64,000 bases of DNA from Pseudogymnoascus verrucosus. Lineage: Eukaryota. The stretch is taken from assembly GCA_001662655.1 (NCBI GenBank), contig KV460214.1. One strand, written 5' to 3'. Under the pieces are notes generated by a model that had not been told where the DNA came from, ran no database searches, and saw only the letters and a list, made by a program, of their open reading frames with translations. Both the position numbers and the translations under genes were made by a program. Shown here piece after piece: positions 11,784 through 22,546 of this stretch (positions are counted from its first letter, which is position 1; each line of letters begins with the position of its first letter).

Positions 11784-12491
11784 TTGCTTCTTTCGCCGCA
11801 AATTGTCATCCCAAGTAAGGTTTTCTATGCACTGTTAGCACGGCCCAGTATGCAAATGTTGATATTCTTACCTCAAAAAACAGAGTATGACCTCTTGCGT
11901 TTTGCAGCTTCCTTGGGACAAGACCGCCGGTCGTCGCCTTTAGACGGCATGTGTTGCCATGATAGTCCAACGAATTTTGTCAGGAATGTAGAATCTCAGC
12001 TACCTGTTCAGGATTTGGAAGGGCAGTGTAGATTGTTGTATAATCGCAGTAAACCTGATGAAGTTGTTCAGGGAACTTGGGGGAGACCATGCTGAGTCGA
12101 TGGCTGGCACGACAGTATTTATGGAACCAGTCAACTGTTTTCGCGCGTCTTACGTTGCTGTTGCGGCCAGGAGGTTACGTGACCTCTGGGCTCGAGGCAA
12201 ATTTCCGAACGAGAAGAGGTGAGTACAGGTAAAAGCACTGAAGCCAGCCAACCATCCCCCGTTTCCAGGAAGCCGCTGTCGTGATCGAATACACAGGATG
12301 CGGCCTTTGGAGAGGCCCGAGGCGGATTTCGGAAATCGACTAACCGTTTCGCGTTTTTAAGCGCTCTTAGGCCGCTTCGGCGGTCGTCGAAGGTAGAGAT
12401 AGGCGTGCCTAGTGGCAGTGAAAGTAAAAGCAGCAATGGCCTAAGAGCGGGAACACGGAAGCGGAAGGCTGACAACAGGGGACGGTTTTAG
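11784..12491 (+). pseudogene. Decayed ORF running into element right-end segment D
   Basis: One frame of about 235 codons is broken only by three TGA stops. It includes STNRFAFLSALRPLRRS (also at ~18795-18845) and GTRKRK. Confidence 0.4.
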
Positions 12492-12947
12492 TGGTGGTCT
12501 TAGCAGCAAAAGCGATGGCAGCTCACAGAGAATTAGGCATCTCTGCTAGAGATGGTCGCTGAATGAGACGACTTTAAAGTTCCTGTTTATGGAAACTTGA
12601 TAGCCAGTTGCTGTATCGTGAGAGTGGTTCTAAGGCTAATGCCGCTTTTATCTAAAAACACTACACTAAATCCCGGAAACGGTAAATCAGCTGTTTAGCG
12701 GTTGATTGTCTAGAGGTACTGCATCTACAATATACAGGGGTGGATGCCTTTAGGCGCGGAGTAAAGCGCAGACATTAGGTGATGCACCTTTAACATTAGG
12801 GCAAGGAGCTAGACGCTCCGAACCAATTATTAGGCTTGAATCACGCGTCCCCATGTCTAGATCTAGATCAATTCTAGGCAACTGAGCGCTAAAGTGTCGC
12901 TGCTTTTCCCAGACTTCAGAAAGGAGAAATCAGGAAATGGTAAACCG
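12222..12947 (+). repeat. Element right-end segment D, copy 1
   Basis: Alignable with 18681-19445 and, in its last ~230 bp, with 35381-35594. Confidence 0.9.
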
Positions 12948-13007
12948 GCATTAGGGGGCCTAAAGTCGAACGGCATCGATGGATTAATACCACTAAACCA
13001 CTGATGC
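12948..13007 (-). pseudogene. T-arm-less tRNA-Gly-like junction sequence, copy 1
   Basis: The minus strand reads GCATCAGTGGTTTAGTGGTATTAATCCATCGATGCCGTTCGACTTTAGGCCCCCTAATGC. The first 20 nt are identical to the tRNA at 2050-2120; there is no T arm or B box. Confidence 0.88.
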
Positions 13008-13479
13008 CAGATTCCTGTTAACCAATTACTGTATTCCGTTCTATGTTAGCGGGCCCGGCTGCTTTAACCACCACGCCCGTTTCTCGTTTCTTGTTTCCCC
13101 ATTTCTGCACCATCCAACACAACATTCCGTTTCTGGTTTCTACATTCTAGACTGTTATGCGTGTCCAGTGGTTTTCCGATTCTAGGATTCAGCTTTCTGT
13201 TACGCACACACTGTGGAAATTATGTCAGCGCATGGCCTACCTCCAGTTTGGTGTCCACACACCTACTTCTTCTCTTCCCTTCATTCTCCTGTCTACCCTT
13301 TCGTCTTTCCTGTTTTCTTCCCTCGCATCTTACCTCTCATTTCTCTTTTGTTCCTGAGAATTTTCTTGGCTATTTTTCCTTTTTTACATGTTACTTCTTT
13401 GCTTGTCTCTTAGTCCCCTGATGATTGAAGTAGTCCGTGGACATGAAGCTCTCAAAGGATGAACTACTTGCAGATATTC
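13008..13479 (+). repeat. Element left-end segment U, copy 2
   Basis: Colinear with 2121-2606. Ends in ATGAAGCTCTCAAAGGATGAACTACTTGCAGATAT (MKLSKDELLADI) at 13443. Confidence 0.9.
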
Positions 13480-14184
13480 AGGTTGTAGATACGACGAATC
13501 TGTAGACACGCACTTCTGGATTCCCTTCTGCGGGTGTTAAAGATGACTTTGTGAACGTTGTGGAAGAGAATGCAAGCATTTTTAGTGAGAAGACTGCCGC
13601 AGTTGCTATGAAGTATGAGCCCTTCTGCTTGCGCTATTCTTGCATATTTAATGAGGATCAGCTAGCCTTAAAACAGGGAATCCGAGCATCAGAGTGATCT
13701 CGACAAGCGCATGCACTACACGGCCTATGAATTAGACAAGAATAACAATGTTATTGCAGCTCAGCACTTGGTTAAACAGAGATAGGTGATGGTTTAGAGG
13801 CTAAGCGGCTAGGAGGCTCAGATTAGTGAAAGCGGCGAGGGTGGAAACAGATATTTGAGGCGGTTGGTGCTCGTTCAACACGAGAATCAAGATATGGTGC
13901 GAGATCTGGGTTGTAGAAACCAATATAGTTCACGTCTATATAGTAGCCATGTTGAAATAAAATAGGTCACTGAGCCTCAGGATATCCCTTGTCTTGCTTT
14001 TTGCACTCAAAGGTTCACTGCGAGTGCGATAGATGCCCGAAGTCGAACTCGATACAGGACACTTCCTTCCGACGGGACAACTTGCTTACTCCGGCTAGGA
14101 GTGAAGCGACCAAGCCGATCCGACGATTAATAGATGATTGAAGAATGAAGATAATGATCAAATGGTCAAATAAAAAGACACATC

Positions 14185-15075
14185 TCAAGCCCGATCCTCC
14201 CAACTCCGCTTCACTATTCCCCAATATCTTGCTGGATCAGATCTCATGTGTCCCACATGGCTCGTACCCTCAAACTTCACCATCTCAACCCTCAGCCCAT
14301 TCCTCTCCGCTTCTTTTGCATGCTCCTCAACATCCCTATCCAAAACAACCTCATCCCCATCTGAGTAGATATAACATCTCTTCGCCTCCTTGCGGATGAA
14401 TTCCGGCCTAACAGAATTGAAAATCACTAAAGCCGAAATCTTCTGTCCCATGATCTGTGGTAGGATATAGCAGAAAAGCAACAAGATGCTGAACATCAGC
14501 TGCATAGGCATTCTCAAGTACCAAGTTGCAGGTAGGCCGAGAGAAAATGTCGCGAGCCCTTGCTTAAAGCGCGCCGTTCCAGGCAACGAGTCATATACAA
14601 TGGTGTTTGCCGGTAAGGGTTGTCCCGTCTCCGCGAGATATTGCTTGGATATTAGCGCGAGTTGCCCGCCGCCGCCGTTGGACATGGCGTGGACTAGGAG
14701 GTCATTGCGGGAGACTTGCCTCTCGTCGGTGTAGGCGCGGATGGCACTGATTGCGGGAGCGAGTGTGGCCAGGCGGTGCTGGATGGAGACGGGGAAGAAG
14801 TCGGATGCGGAGCTTGTGACAAGCAGAATAGGGGTGGAGGGATAGAAGATTTGGTAGTGGGAGGTATATTTTGAGATGTGGCGAGAGGATGCGTTCATCC
14901 ATGATACTAGGAAGATGAGATGGGGTGCATTGGTGTCTGGATTTGGCAGTGGTGCTGAGTCGCTGTCGTGCGTTCCAGAGGGGGTGTAGAGGTATGCTTT
15001 GCTGCTAAGGCGCTTGAAAGATTGAAGACTGTCTAATTGTGAGGCTTCAGCAGCTGTAAGTATAGGTATCTCCAT
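14185..15075 (-). CDS. DUF829/TMEM53/PaxU-like alpha/beta-fold protein
   Basis: Motifs SWMNASSRHISKY, HAMSNGG, YDSLPG, YIYSDGDEVV and HVGHMRSDPARYW. Confidence 0.85.
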   Translation of the reverse strand: MEIPILTAAEASQLDSLQSFKRLSSKAYLYTPSGTHDSDSAPLPNPDTNAPHLIFLVSWMNASSRHISKYTSHYQIFYPSTPILLVTSSASDFFPVSIQHRLATLAPAISAIRAYTDERQVSRNDLLVHAMSNGGGGQLALISKQYLAETGQPLPANTIVYDSLPGTARFKQGLATFSLGLPATWYLRMPMQLMFSILLLFCYILPQIMGQKISALVIFNSVRPEFIRKEAKRCYIYSDGDEVVLDRDVEEHAKEAERNGLRVEMVKFEGTSHVGHMRSDPARYWGIVKRSWEDRA

Positions 15076-15827
15076 ATCTCTGAGACAATTTTACAATTTA
15101 GGAATCAAAATGGAATGGCTAGGTCAGGACTGGCTGGTGCAAGTTCTAAACAACGGATAAAGCTGAGTGTTTATCTGGCCTCGATTATTATATGTGATTA
15201 TCATTCTTCAATCACCCCTGTTAGAGATAGAAACATTGTAAGCATGAGCATTAACAGGATTCGAGATACGCCGAGCCCGACTCATAAGGTCAGGTCGGTA
15301 GGTCCAAATACTTAATACTTCGCTATCTATTTGATACATTTGCGGACATTAGCACACAGTTCATCCGGCTTACATCTTTTGAAGACTTTGATTCACTTTG
15401 ATCTTAGATCCACATCTAACCTCTTAATATTAATGTGGCATGGCAGCAGAAGAGGAAGCTATTCCCGCAATACGTCGTCGCGTCTGCCTAGTCTACACTC
15501 CAACCTCAACGGTGAGCCGAGGTACGCAGGGATTGAATGGTCGTCCCGACTCTCCGACGCCTAGAATGCTTGTTCGTACATAGCCTCACAGGACGAATTT
15601 ACAGCTTACAGAACTCAAACGGGCTGCCTAATTAAAGTCTAATGTACCATTTCGGGCCAAATTGTGAACGAATAATAAAGACATTAGTATAAGCAGCTCC
15701 ACGAGCGGGACAATTAATGCCGTGAGTGCAATTTCTGTTCAACCACGTCGGTGACATTCCCATTTAAAGCTAGAGATCTCCTCTTCACATCATCTAGCAT
15801 AGAACAGCTATAAATCTGCTCGCAAAA

Positions 15828-17252
15828 ATGGCCAAATATACGCCGACAACACCAACAATCCAAGTCCTCTCCAAACAGAACTACGAGGACCAACACCTCG
15901 TGGCCCTCCCCAATGCCCTCCCTCTTCCACCTCTCACCCCACACTCCCTACGCATCTGCACAATAATCCTTTCCTTAACCACCAACAACTTCACTTACGC
16001 ACGCTGTGGTCATCTCCTCGGTTGGTGGGACGTGCATCCTCTGCCTCCGTCCATCCCTGCTGAATTCGCCAACCCGCAGGATTACGGAAGGGTATCGGCT
16101 TGGGGCTATGGCGTTGTGGTGGAGAGTACTGTTCCTAAAGGTCTAGGTATCGAAGTGGGAACGCACGTGTATGGCTATCTGCCAATTGGAACGCTACCTG
16201 TTGACATGCACGTCGAGATCAGTGCAGACGCGAACGGACAGTTTGTGGAAATCAGTCCGCAGAGAGAGAAGTTGATGCCGGTTTACAACCGCTACCTCTT
16301 CTACTCGTCAGAAACGACCGCCCAGCAGAAGGCCGAGCGGAAGCAAAGCGAAGGCTATGATTCTCTTTTGCAAGTCCTATTCGAGGCTGGCTACATGATG
16401 AATCGCTTCGTCTTCGCGTGGGACTCGAGCGAGCTCGTGCATCCCTCCGGCGCCGATTCGGGTTGGACTACCGAGGACGCACGGATCGGGGAAGATACGA
16501 TCCTGCTGCTGTTCGCGGCGAGTGGGAAAACAGCACTTGCGTTCGCCCACCAGTTGAAGTATGGCCGTCCAGCAGGGAAGTCCTCGCGCAAGGTTGTAGG
16601 GGTGGGATCAGACGCACCAAGGGCTTTTACAGAAGGAACAGGGCTGTACAATTCCGTGCTGACGTACGATGCTGATGATGACCATGACATTGGTGTTGAG
16701 GTTGGCGCGGATGCAGACTCGAAGGTTGTCGTCGTCGATTTTGGCGCTAGAGGCGGAGCAGCAGATCGGTGGGCGGAGAAGTTGAGGAAAAGTAGTAAGA
16801 GCGTTACGCTCCTAGGTGTAGGGGGCGAGGTTGCAGCGGAAAGCCAGGAGGTGACAACACAGAAGATGGTGAAGCGCATGGCGGCTGGGAGAATGCAGGT
16901 AAACACTTCAGGGATGAGATCCCAGGCGGTGGGGATTCTAGGGCACAAGACATATTTTGAGGGGCTTTTGACGGAGTGGAGGACGTACAGAGAAAGGGGA
17001 GTGCCGAAAGGGCTGCAACTAGTATGGGGCAAGGGAATGGACGACGTGGGGAAAGGGTGGGAGAGGTTGTATAAGGGGGAGGTAGGGCCGGATGAGGGAC
17101 TAGTGTTTGACTTTTGTCAAGTTGACGCGTTTTGGCGTTTTCGTGGGCCACTTGCTTGTGTGGGCCACTCGCTTGTGAAATACCTTATAATATATACCCT
17201 ATCTGTGCTGATAGACAAGAGGTGTGTGTGGTTGGGTGGTGGTCTTGCGTAG
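15828..17252 (+). CDS. DUF2855-like protein; last ~46 codons are transposon-end and flanking read-through
   Basis: LTTNNFTYARCG..LGWW, YGRVSAWGYG.V.ES, YGYLPI, VYNRY, ASGKTALAFA and the family-like end GEVGPDEGLVF. Confidence 0.8.
   Translation: MAKYTPTTPTIQVLSKQNYEDQHLVALPNALPLPPLTPHSLRICTIILSLTTNNFTYARCGHLLGWWDVHPLPPSIPAEFANPQDYGRVSAWGYGVVVESTVPKGLGIEVGTHVYGYLPIGTLPVDMHVEISADANGQFVEISPQREKLMPVYNRYLFYSSETTAQQKAERKQSEGYDSLLQVLFEAGYMMNRFVFAWDSSELVHPSGADSGWTTEDARIGEDTILLLFAASGKTALAFAHQLKYGRPAGKSSRKVVGVGSDAPRAFTEGTGLYNSVLTYDADDDHDIGVEVGADADSKVVVVDFGARGGAADRWAEKLRKSSKSVTLLGVGGEVAAESQEVTTQKMVKRMAAGRMQVNTSGMRSQAVGILGHKTYFEGLLTEWRTYRERGVPKGLQLVWGKGMDDVGKGWERLYKGEVGPDEGLVFDFCQVDAFWRFRGPLACVGHSLVKYLIIYTLSVLIDKRCVWLGGGLA
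17113..17185. mobile_element. Solo Fot1-like terminal (TIR) fragment
   Basis: TTTGTCAAGTTGACGCGTTTTGGCGTTTTCGTGGGCCACTTGCTTGTGTGGGCCACTCGCTTGTGAAATACCT followed by TA aligns without gaps to 1739-1811 + TA. Confidence 0.88.
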
Positions 17253-17413
17253 GGTTTGAGGTGAGGAAGCAAATACGCGACTGCAGGGTGGTTGACAAAT
17301 GGAGTTATTAACAAACATTTTCTCAAAGGTCTATATAGATGGATTTTTCAAGTCCTATAGCAAAATAATTATATTATATTGTGCAGACAGCGAGAAAGGT
17401 AGCTTAGCCCCGT

Positions 17414-18211
17414 TCAAGCCCATTCTTTGCGCAAATAAAACTCTATCCGGTCCACCTGGCCGCCGTCACCCCAGGCCTTAGTCTGAGTAGAAAAGCCGTC
17501 AGCCATATAAACCTCAGCGCTGCCACTGACCTCCTTCTCATAGTGCGCCGAAAAATGAGTCGATAGATAGCCCTGTAGGGAATTCCCAAGGACGCTCCTC
17601 TCAGTCCCATCGATCCAGTAATCCACCTTGCCCTGCATCGAACCCAGCTGGCCAATCTCGATTTTAAATTCACCGAAGCAGCCGGGATCTATGCTCCACG
17701 GTTCAGGGATGTCCCATCGGTAATTATGCCCTGAAAGGCCGTGCCAGTACCAATTCAATCTGTTCGTGGTTTTGTTGTAAATCCTTCCAATGACGTAGCT
17801 TGACTTGAATCGGTTGCGGCTCAGCTGCAATCCTCTGATCCGTGGCCTGCCCTCCTGATCGAGCTTGTGGCCGTCTGCGTATAGATCGGGGAACTGATTT
17901 TCGATCTGTCGCTCAATATCTGCTTCTTCTCTCTTTGCATCTTCGAGGTCGGCCTCATGTTTTGCTTTATTCTCTGGGTCTGTCTTAATCCCTTTCTGGG
18001 CCTCTAAGGATCTCGTATGTGGCCCTTGAAGGCTATCAAGCAAAGCTTTCAAGGCAGGGTCTATTCAAAACATAAGCTTGTATTGCTGTAGTGATGGTAG
18101 TAGGTTTGATTACTAACCAAGTTCATGATTAGAGTCTGTGGTTCCGTCCTCCTGTTTAGGAGCAAAGGTTCCCGGGTCGGTCTGTGGCCCGACTTTTATG
18201 TTAGGATTCAT
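17414..18211 (-). CDS. Hypothetical protein (main exon 17414-18060; upstream exon and start uncertain)
   Basis: 212-codon open frame preceded by a GTTAGT..TAG intron-like segment (~18061-18117). No family recognised. Confidence 0.5.
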
Positions 18212-18680
18212 TAGTGGGTTTATATTATGAGACAGGTTTATTTCAAGATAAATGTGTACTTAGAGTAAGGCGCTACTCTAGCTTCAAGATAATTTCGATA
18301 CTTAGCGATGGCTAATGAGAAAGAGTCTTCTAGACCTCAAGGGCATCTACAACAGTTATATATAATTGCTCGAGGAGCAGGCACACAATAGTATAAACGG
18401 ATCGCCACGACTTGACCTCTTAATTCTGTACAACACGCAATTGACCAACCGTATGGCGGTTATATGCCACGTCACCGATACAGGCAAAGACACTTTAGGG
18501 ATGTTAGCTCATTGGTAGCTTTCTGTAGTCTGCAATATATGTAGCGCCGACTAGAATGGAGCTGAATTTTAATCTACGCGGCCTTAGACGGGCTGTGGCC
18601 TTGGGGTAGACTTCAGAACTAGGCAAGCCGCTCCTCATTTTGAGGAACTCTTATGGCTACCCGTGGGCCTCCCAAGTGGC

Positions 18681-19445
18681 AGTGCAAATAAAAGTACCGA
18701 AACCAACCAACCATTCTCCGTTTCCACGAAACCGCCGCCGTGATGCCAGACACAGGATGCAGCCTTTCAAGAGGCCCGAGGCAGATTTCGGAATCGACCA
18801 ATCGTTTCGCGTTTTTAAGCGCTCTTAGGCCGCTTCGGCGGTCGTTGAAGGTGGAGATGGACGTTCCCAGTGGCAGTGTAGGTAAAAGCAGCATTAGTCC
18901 TAGAGCTGGGAACACGGAAGCAGAATGCTGACAACGGGGGACGGTTGTGGTGGTGGTCTTGGCGCGGGAGCGATCACAGACGGCAGATAATGGGCATCCC
19001 CGCCAGAGATGGTCGCTGAATGCAACGACTGAGATTTCTGTTAATGGTAAATTAATAACCAATTGCTGTAACGCGTGAACGGTTCTAAGGCTAATGCTGC
19101 TTTTATCTAACAACACCACCACACGAAACGGGCAAACGTACACAGCTATCGCAAAACGGGAAGATGTACGAGGTAGCGCTTTGCAAGGTAAGAACCCAAG
19201 GTTGGAACACGCTAAGGAACTATACTGCATCCACAATATGCAGGGGTGGGTGCGGGTAGTAATGAGCAGACATTGGGCTATGCACCTGTAGCATATGGGT
19301 AGGGGGCTAGAGGCACTGAGCTAATCACTAGTCTTAAATCACGCGGCCTCATGTCTAGATCCAACTCATATCTAGGTAACCGAGCGTCAAAATGTCGCTG
19401 CTTTTCCCAGACTTCAGAAAGGAGAAATCAGGAAATGGTAAACCG
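18681..19445 (+). repeat. Element right-end segment D, copy 2
   Basis: Colinear with 12222-12947, including a 43-bp identical block (18803-18845 = 12345-12387). Confidence 0.9.
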
Positions 19446-19505
19446 GCATTAGGGGGCCCAAAGTCGAGCGGCATCGATGGATTAATACCACTAAACCACT
19501 GATGC
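19446..19505 (-). pseudogene. T-arm-less tRNA-Gly-like junction sequence, copy 2
   Basis: The minus strand reads GCATCAGTGGTTTAGTGGTATTAATCCATCGATGCCGCTCGACTTTGGGCCCCCTAATGC. Confidence 0.88.
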
Positions 19506-20302
19506 CGGATTGTTGTTAGCCAATCCCGTATCGCCCCATATGTAGTTTGGGCACCGGCTGCTCCGTCAGCTTCCCGCTGCTTTTGCGATGCGCCATTTTT
19601 CACGTTTTCGCCACTTTAGAGTCGGTCGAACATGCGTGGCAGTGCAAGCAGGGTTCTGCCCTTCCTCGGCCTACCTAGGGGCTCAGAACGGAAAGTAACT
19701 AATGGGCACACAGTACTGTATAGTGTGTGATGTCTTTGTTTTGGCCCCTCCTACACTTTGCTCAGCCAAGCCAAGAAGTAGCCAGAACAGGGGTTCGCAT
19801 GAACAGAAGATGGCTAGTTTTTCGCTGATTCGGGCGTAAGGCCTAAATAGATGAGACTAGACTGAAGTCGATGGTATGACAGTATGCAGGGCAGAAGGCA
19901 CGTTTTGGAACTTTTCGGGTTACGAGGCTCTAGTGTCAGAGCAGAGGGTCTGGAGACTCCAGGTCTCAGGTGCATTTCAGAACTAGCTAAATCGCACTAA
20001 TTCCGCAATAGTATATATAAGCTCAAAGTTCCAAAGTGTAGAGGTGCTATATCAAAATCACAAGAGGCTAGTTTAAAGGCAGAATATAAAGCGGTTGCTA
20101 TATATAGAGGGCACGTGATTATAAAACTAATGAACTGGAGTTGGAAATTTAGCCTATTCTTCGGAACGGGCCGGATGAACAACATTACGCCTGCATCTTA
20201 GATTTAAACGCGGGGGTGCCACGCTGTCAACCTCGCAGTTGATCTTATCCCTATCAACTACTGAGAACCATCATATCATAACTCTAGAGAAACAAGCCCA
20301 AG

Positions 20303-22546
20303 ATGTCGACGCAACCTATTCAAGTCCAGTGGAGCCTTAATGAAACATCCCAGTCGGTATTTTCTGTTGCTAGGGGAGTCTTGGCTGCGGCGACAAGTGA
20401 CAATGTCCAACCCCTTGCTATACTTGCCTGTGAAAAATTTGGGGCCACAATCGCTATAAGCAGCAGGACAGCCTCTAAGGTTGAGAAAACGATTGCACTA
20501 TCACCAGAACCAGCCCCCGTTAAGTTCTTAAAAGGGCTTGTGGGGTTTTTCCCCAACGATTGTGCTACTCAACTTAGCAATACTCATTCAGGAATCCGCT
20601 TTTTAGGATTAGCGGCTGCTATTGTTACAACAGTCGGCCCCTTTAACGGCGCAAAAGCTCTCGACGTGATGCTGAGGGATTCGGCGACAGACTTGACGTT
20701 GCTTCCCACAGTAAGACATTTAGACGATCTATTAGGGAGCCTTGAAGCTAGATCTTATCGCTGTGGCTTTGCTGAATCTGTTGTGGGCTGGGAGATCGTA
20801 CTGCGAAAGGAAATCTTACCTTCCATTTCTTCAGAAGAACGCCGGCAAAACCTAAGTCAAAATTCCCTACGGGCGCCGTCTTCAGAGACAATAGCTTGCC
20901 TAGTTGCAGCTTTTCGTCAAGTTGCACGAATGGGCTCTTCAACAGTAATTGGGATGACGATAAAAGTTAGCAAAGCCGCGCCATGGATTTTGGCCTTCGC
21001 ACAGTGGTGTCTCGAGATCCCCCCATCTCTATACGTGGATGGAATAGCGGCTGCAGTCCGTAAAGAACCCCAGTCTCAAGTTAATGTTATCGTTATCAGC
21101 AATTCGAGCAAACCACTTGAAATTACCATCCATCACCAACTTGAGGATATAACTCAACTCCTCGCACCAGCATCTCAACTTTTCTCGAGCGGAATGGTTA
21201 CTATTGATTCATACTATCCGTGGCTATTCCAACAACTTGGCTTTAACGGTGACGCTATGTTTCGACTGCTACGCCAGGCCCTTGAGCATGCTATTCCTCA
21301 AGTTCTATTAGCAATGAGGTGTGGTAAGTTTACCTATCTTGGCCAAAGAACGACTTCTCAACATTTACTTGGCGCTATCGACAACTCTATGGACACCTGC
21401 TACCTTAGTCCACTTCCAAATACAGACATTATAGCCCTGACATACGCTAGGGCTCTAGCTATAAATGGGCCAGTAACCTTCATCAATCTCCGACAAGGCA
21501 TGCTTATAGCCGACCTACCACTAGTTTCTCGTCATCTACAGTCATTAATGGAGAAATGTCTATGCAATCAATGTTGCGAATCTACGCAAAGACATGCCAG
21601 ACCAACCTCAAATAAAGACTTCTGTAGCAGAGAAGACTTCTTTCGATCACTAGGTTTTATAATTGTGGAATTACTTGTTCTATCCCTATTTGAGTCTTCG
21701 ACACCTATACTAGTCAGACTTTCACTAGAGAGAAACGGAGGGGTTCCGGTACTAGACGGAACTGTCGCTAAAGTAATTAAAACTGGGGAGTCCTTTCCTT
21801 TTAACGATATGCACCTTCTCGATTGGGCGAGAAGCATGGTTGGACACATGTTTGACAACGAAGAACGGAGCTTGATAATGACCTCAGGGAAAGGTCAAGT
21901 GGTTTACCCTGTTATATTCGACACATTCTATGTCGAAAAACAGGGATACCTCAAGCTTTACTGTCTGCCAGGGGCATTACGATACCAAAATGATACCTAC
22001 AACGTTGTATCATCGCCTGAGGATATTAAGGATGATGAGACCGACAATGATGAGATTGACAACGATGAGATCATGGATGATGAGGCAACTTACCCCAATC
22101 TACCCTCTTTCCCAGCAGTGTCTAAACCATTAAATCTTTTGAAAGATCTCATACTATCGTGGAAGGTAACTATCCGAGAGAATAAGGAACTTCAAATCAA
22201 ACTTATGATACGCTCTAAGACCGACACCTCTCTTGTGGCTGAAACCGACCCCTTACTTATACTTACTTCTTTAAGTAACACACTTTTGCTTGAAAGATGT
22301 CCCCACCACCATTCCGCTCAACTTATAAGCGCAGATCAATTTTCTTCATATATTTCTCTTTGGGATCTAGTCGAAGGTGCTTTGGGCTCTACCTCTCATG
22401 TTGGCGTTGTTCCTGTAGATGGCGCAGATGATCTTCGGTGCTTTGCAATCGCCTACCTAAAGTCGTTGATTCTACGCAGAGGTTCTTGCCTTCAGTGTTG
22501 TCTTAACCTATGCAGAGATACTGGCGTTCCATTTCTTGTTCTTTAA
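20303..22546 (+). CDS. Hypothetical fungal protein, 747 aa, intronless
   Basis: Long ORF with N-terminal AATSDNVQPLAILACEKFG, Cys clusters (CLCNQC, CPH, CLQCCLNLC) and an acidic stretch. Function not recognised. Confidence 0.8.
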   Translation: MSTQPIQVQWSLNETSQSVFSVARGVLAAATSDNVQPLAILACEKFGATIAISSRTASKVEKTIALSPEPAPVKFLKGLVGFFPNDCATQLSNTHSGIRFLGLAAAIVTTVGPFNGAKALDVMLRDSATDLTLLPTVRHLDDLLGSLEARSYRCGFAESVVGWEIVLRKEILPSISSEERRQNLSQNSLRAPSSETIACLVAAFRQVARMGSSTVIGMTIKVSKAAPWILAFAQWCLEIPPSLYVDGIAAAVRKEPQSQVNVIVISNSSKPLEITIHHQLEDITQLLAPASQLFSSGMVTIDSYYPWLFQQLGFNGDAMFRLLRQALEHAIPQVLLAMRCGKFTYLGQRTTSQHLLGAIDNSMDTCYLSPLPNTDIIALTYARALAINGPVTFINLRQGMLIADLPLVSRHLQSLMEKCLCNQCCESTQRHARPTSNKDFCSREDFFRSLGFIIVELLVLSLFESSTPILVRLSLERNGGVPVLDGTVAKVIKTGESFPFNDMHLLDWARSMVGHMFDNEERSLIMTSGKGQVVYPVIFDTFYVEKQGYLKLYCLPGALRYQNDTYNVVSSPEDIKDDETDNDEIDNDEIMDDEATYPNLPSFPAVSKPLNLLKDLILSWKVTIRENKELQIKLMIRSKTDTSLVAETDPLLILTSLSNTLLLERCPHHHSAQLISADQFSSYISLWDLVEGALGSTSHVGVVPVDGADDLRCFAIAYLKSLILRRGSCLQCCLNLCRDTGVPFLVL

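Larger units (their letters stand above)
2101..13007 (+). mobile_element. Putative tRNA-Gly-targeted integrative unit 1 (10.9 kb; cargo TF, agmatinase-like, MATE, MFS)
   Basis: Bounded by the perfect 20-bp direct repeat TACCACTAAACCACTGATGC (2101-2120, 12988-13007), with U at the left end and D at the right end. Mobility is inferred. Confidence 0.65.
12988..19505 (+). mobile_element. Putative tRNA-Gly-targeted integrative unit 2 (6.5 kb; cargo DUF829, DUF2855, hypothetical)
   Basis: Bounded by the same 20-bp direct repeat (12988-13007, 19486-19505), with U at left and D at right. Confidence 0.65.

Noticed and set aside
12222..13007. D plus tRNA-like head as a plain tRNA-derived SINE
   Set aside because: There is no B box, poly-A/simple-repeat tail or TSD. 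All copies share one orientation, and the sequence upstream of the head (U) is shared with the real tRNA, which retrotransposition would not copy. Not fully excluded without genome-wide data.
12895..13008. Hammerhead ribozyme (CTGATG plus GAAA motifs)
   Set aside because: The motif is CTGATGC, not CTGANGA, and is simply the tRNA acceptor stem; the required stems are absent.
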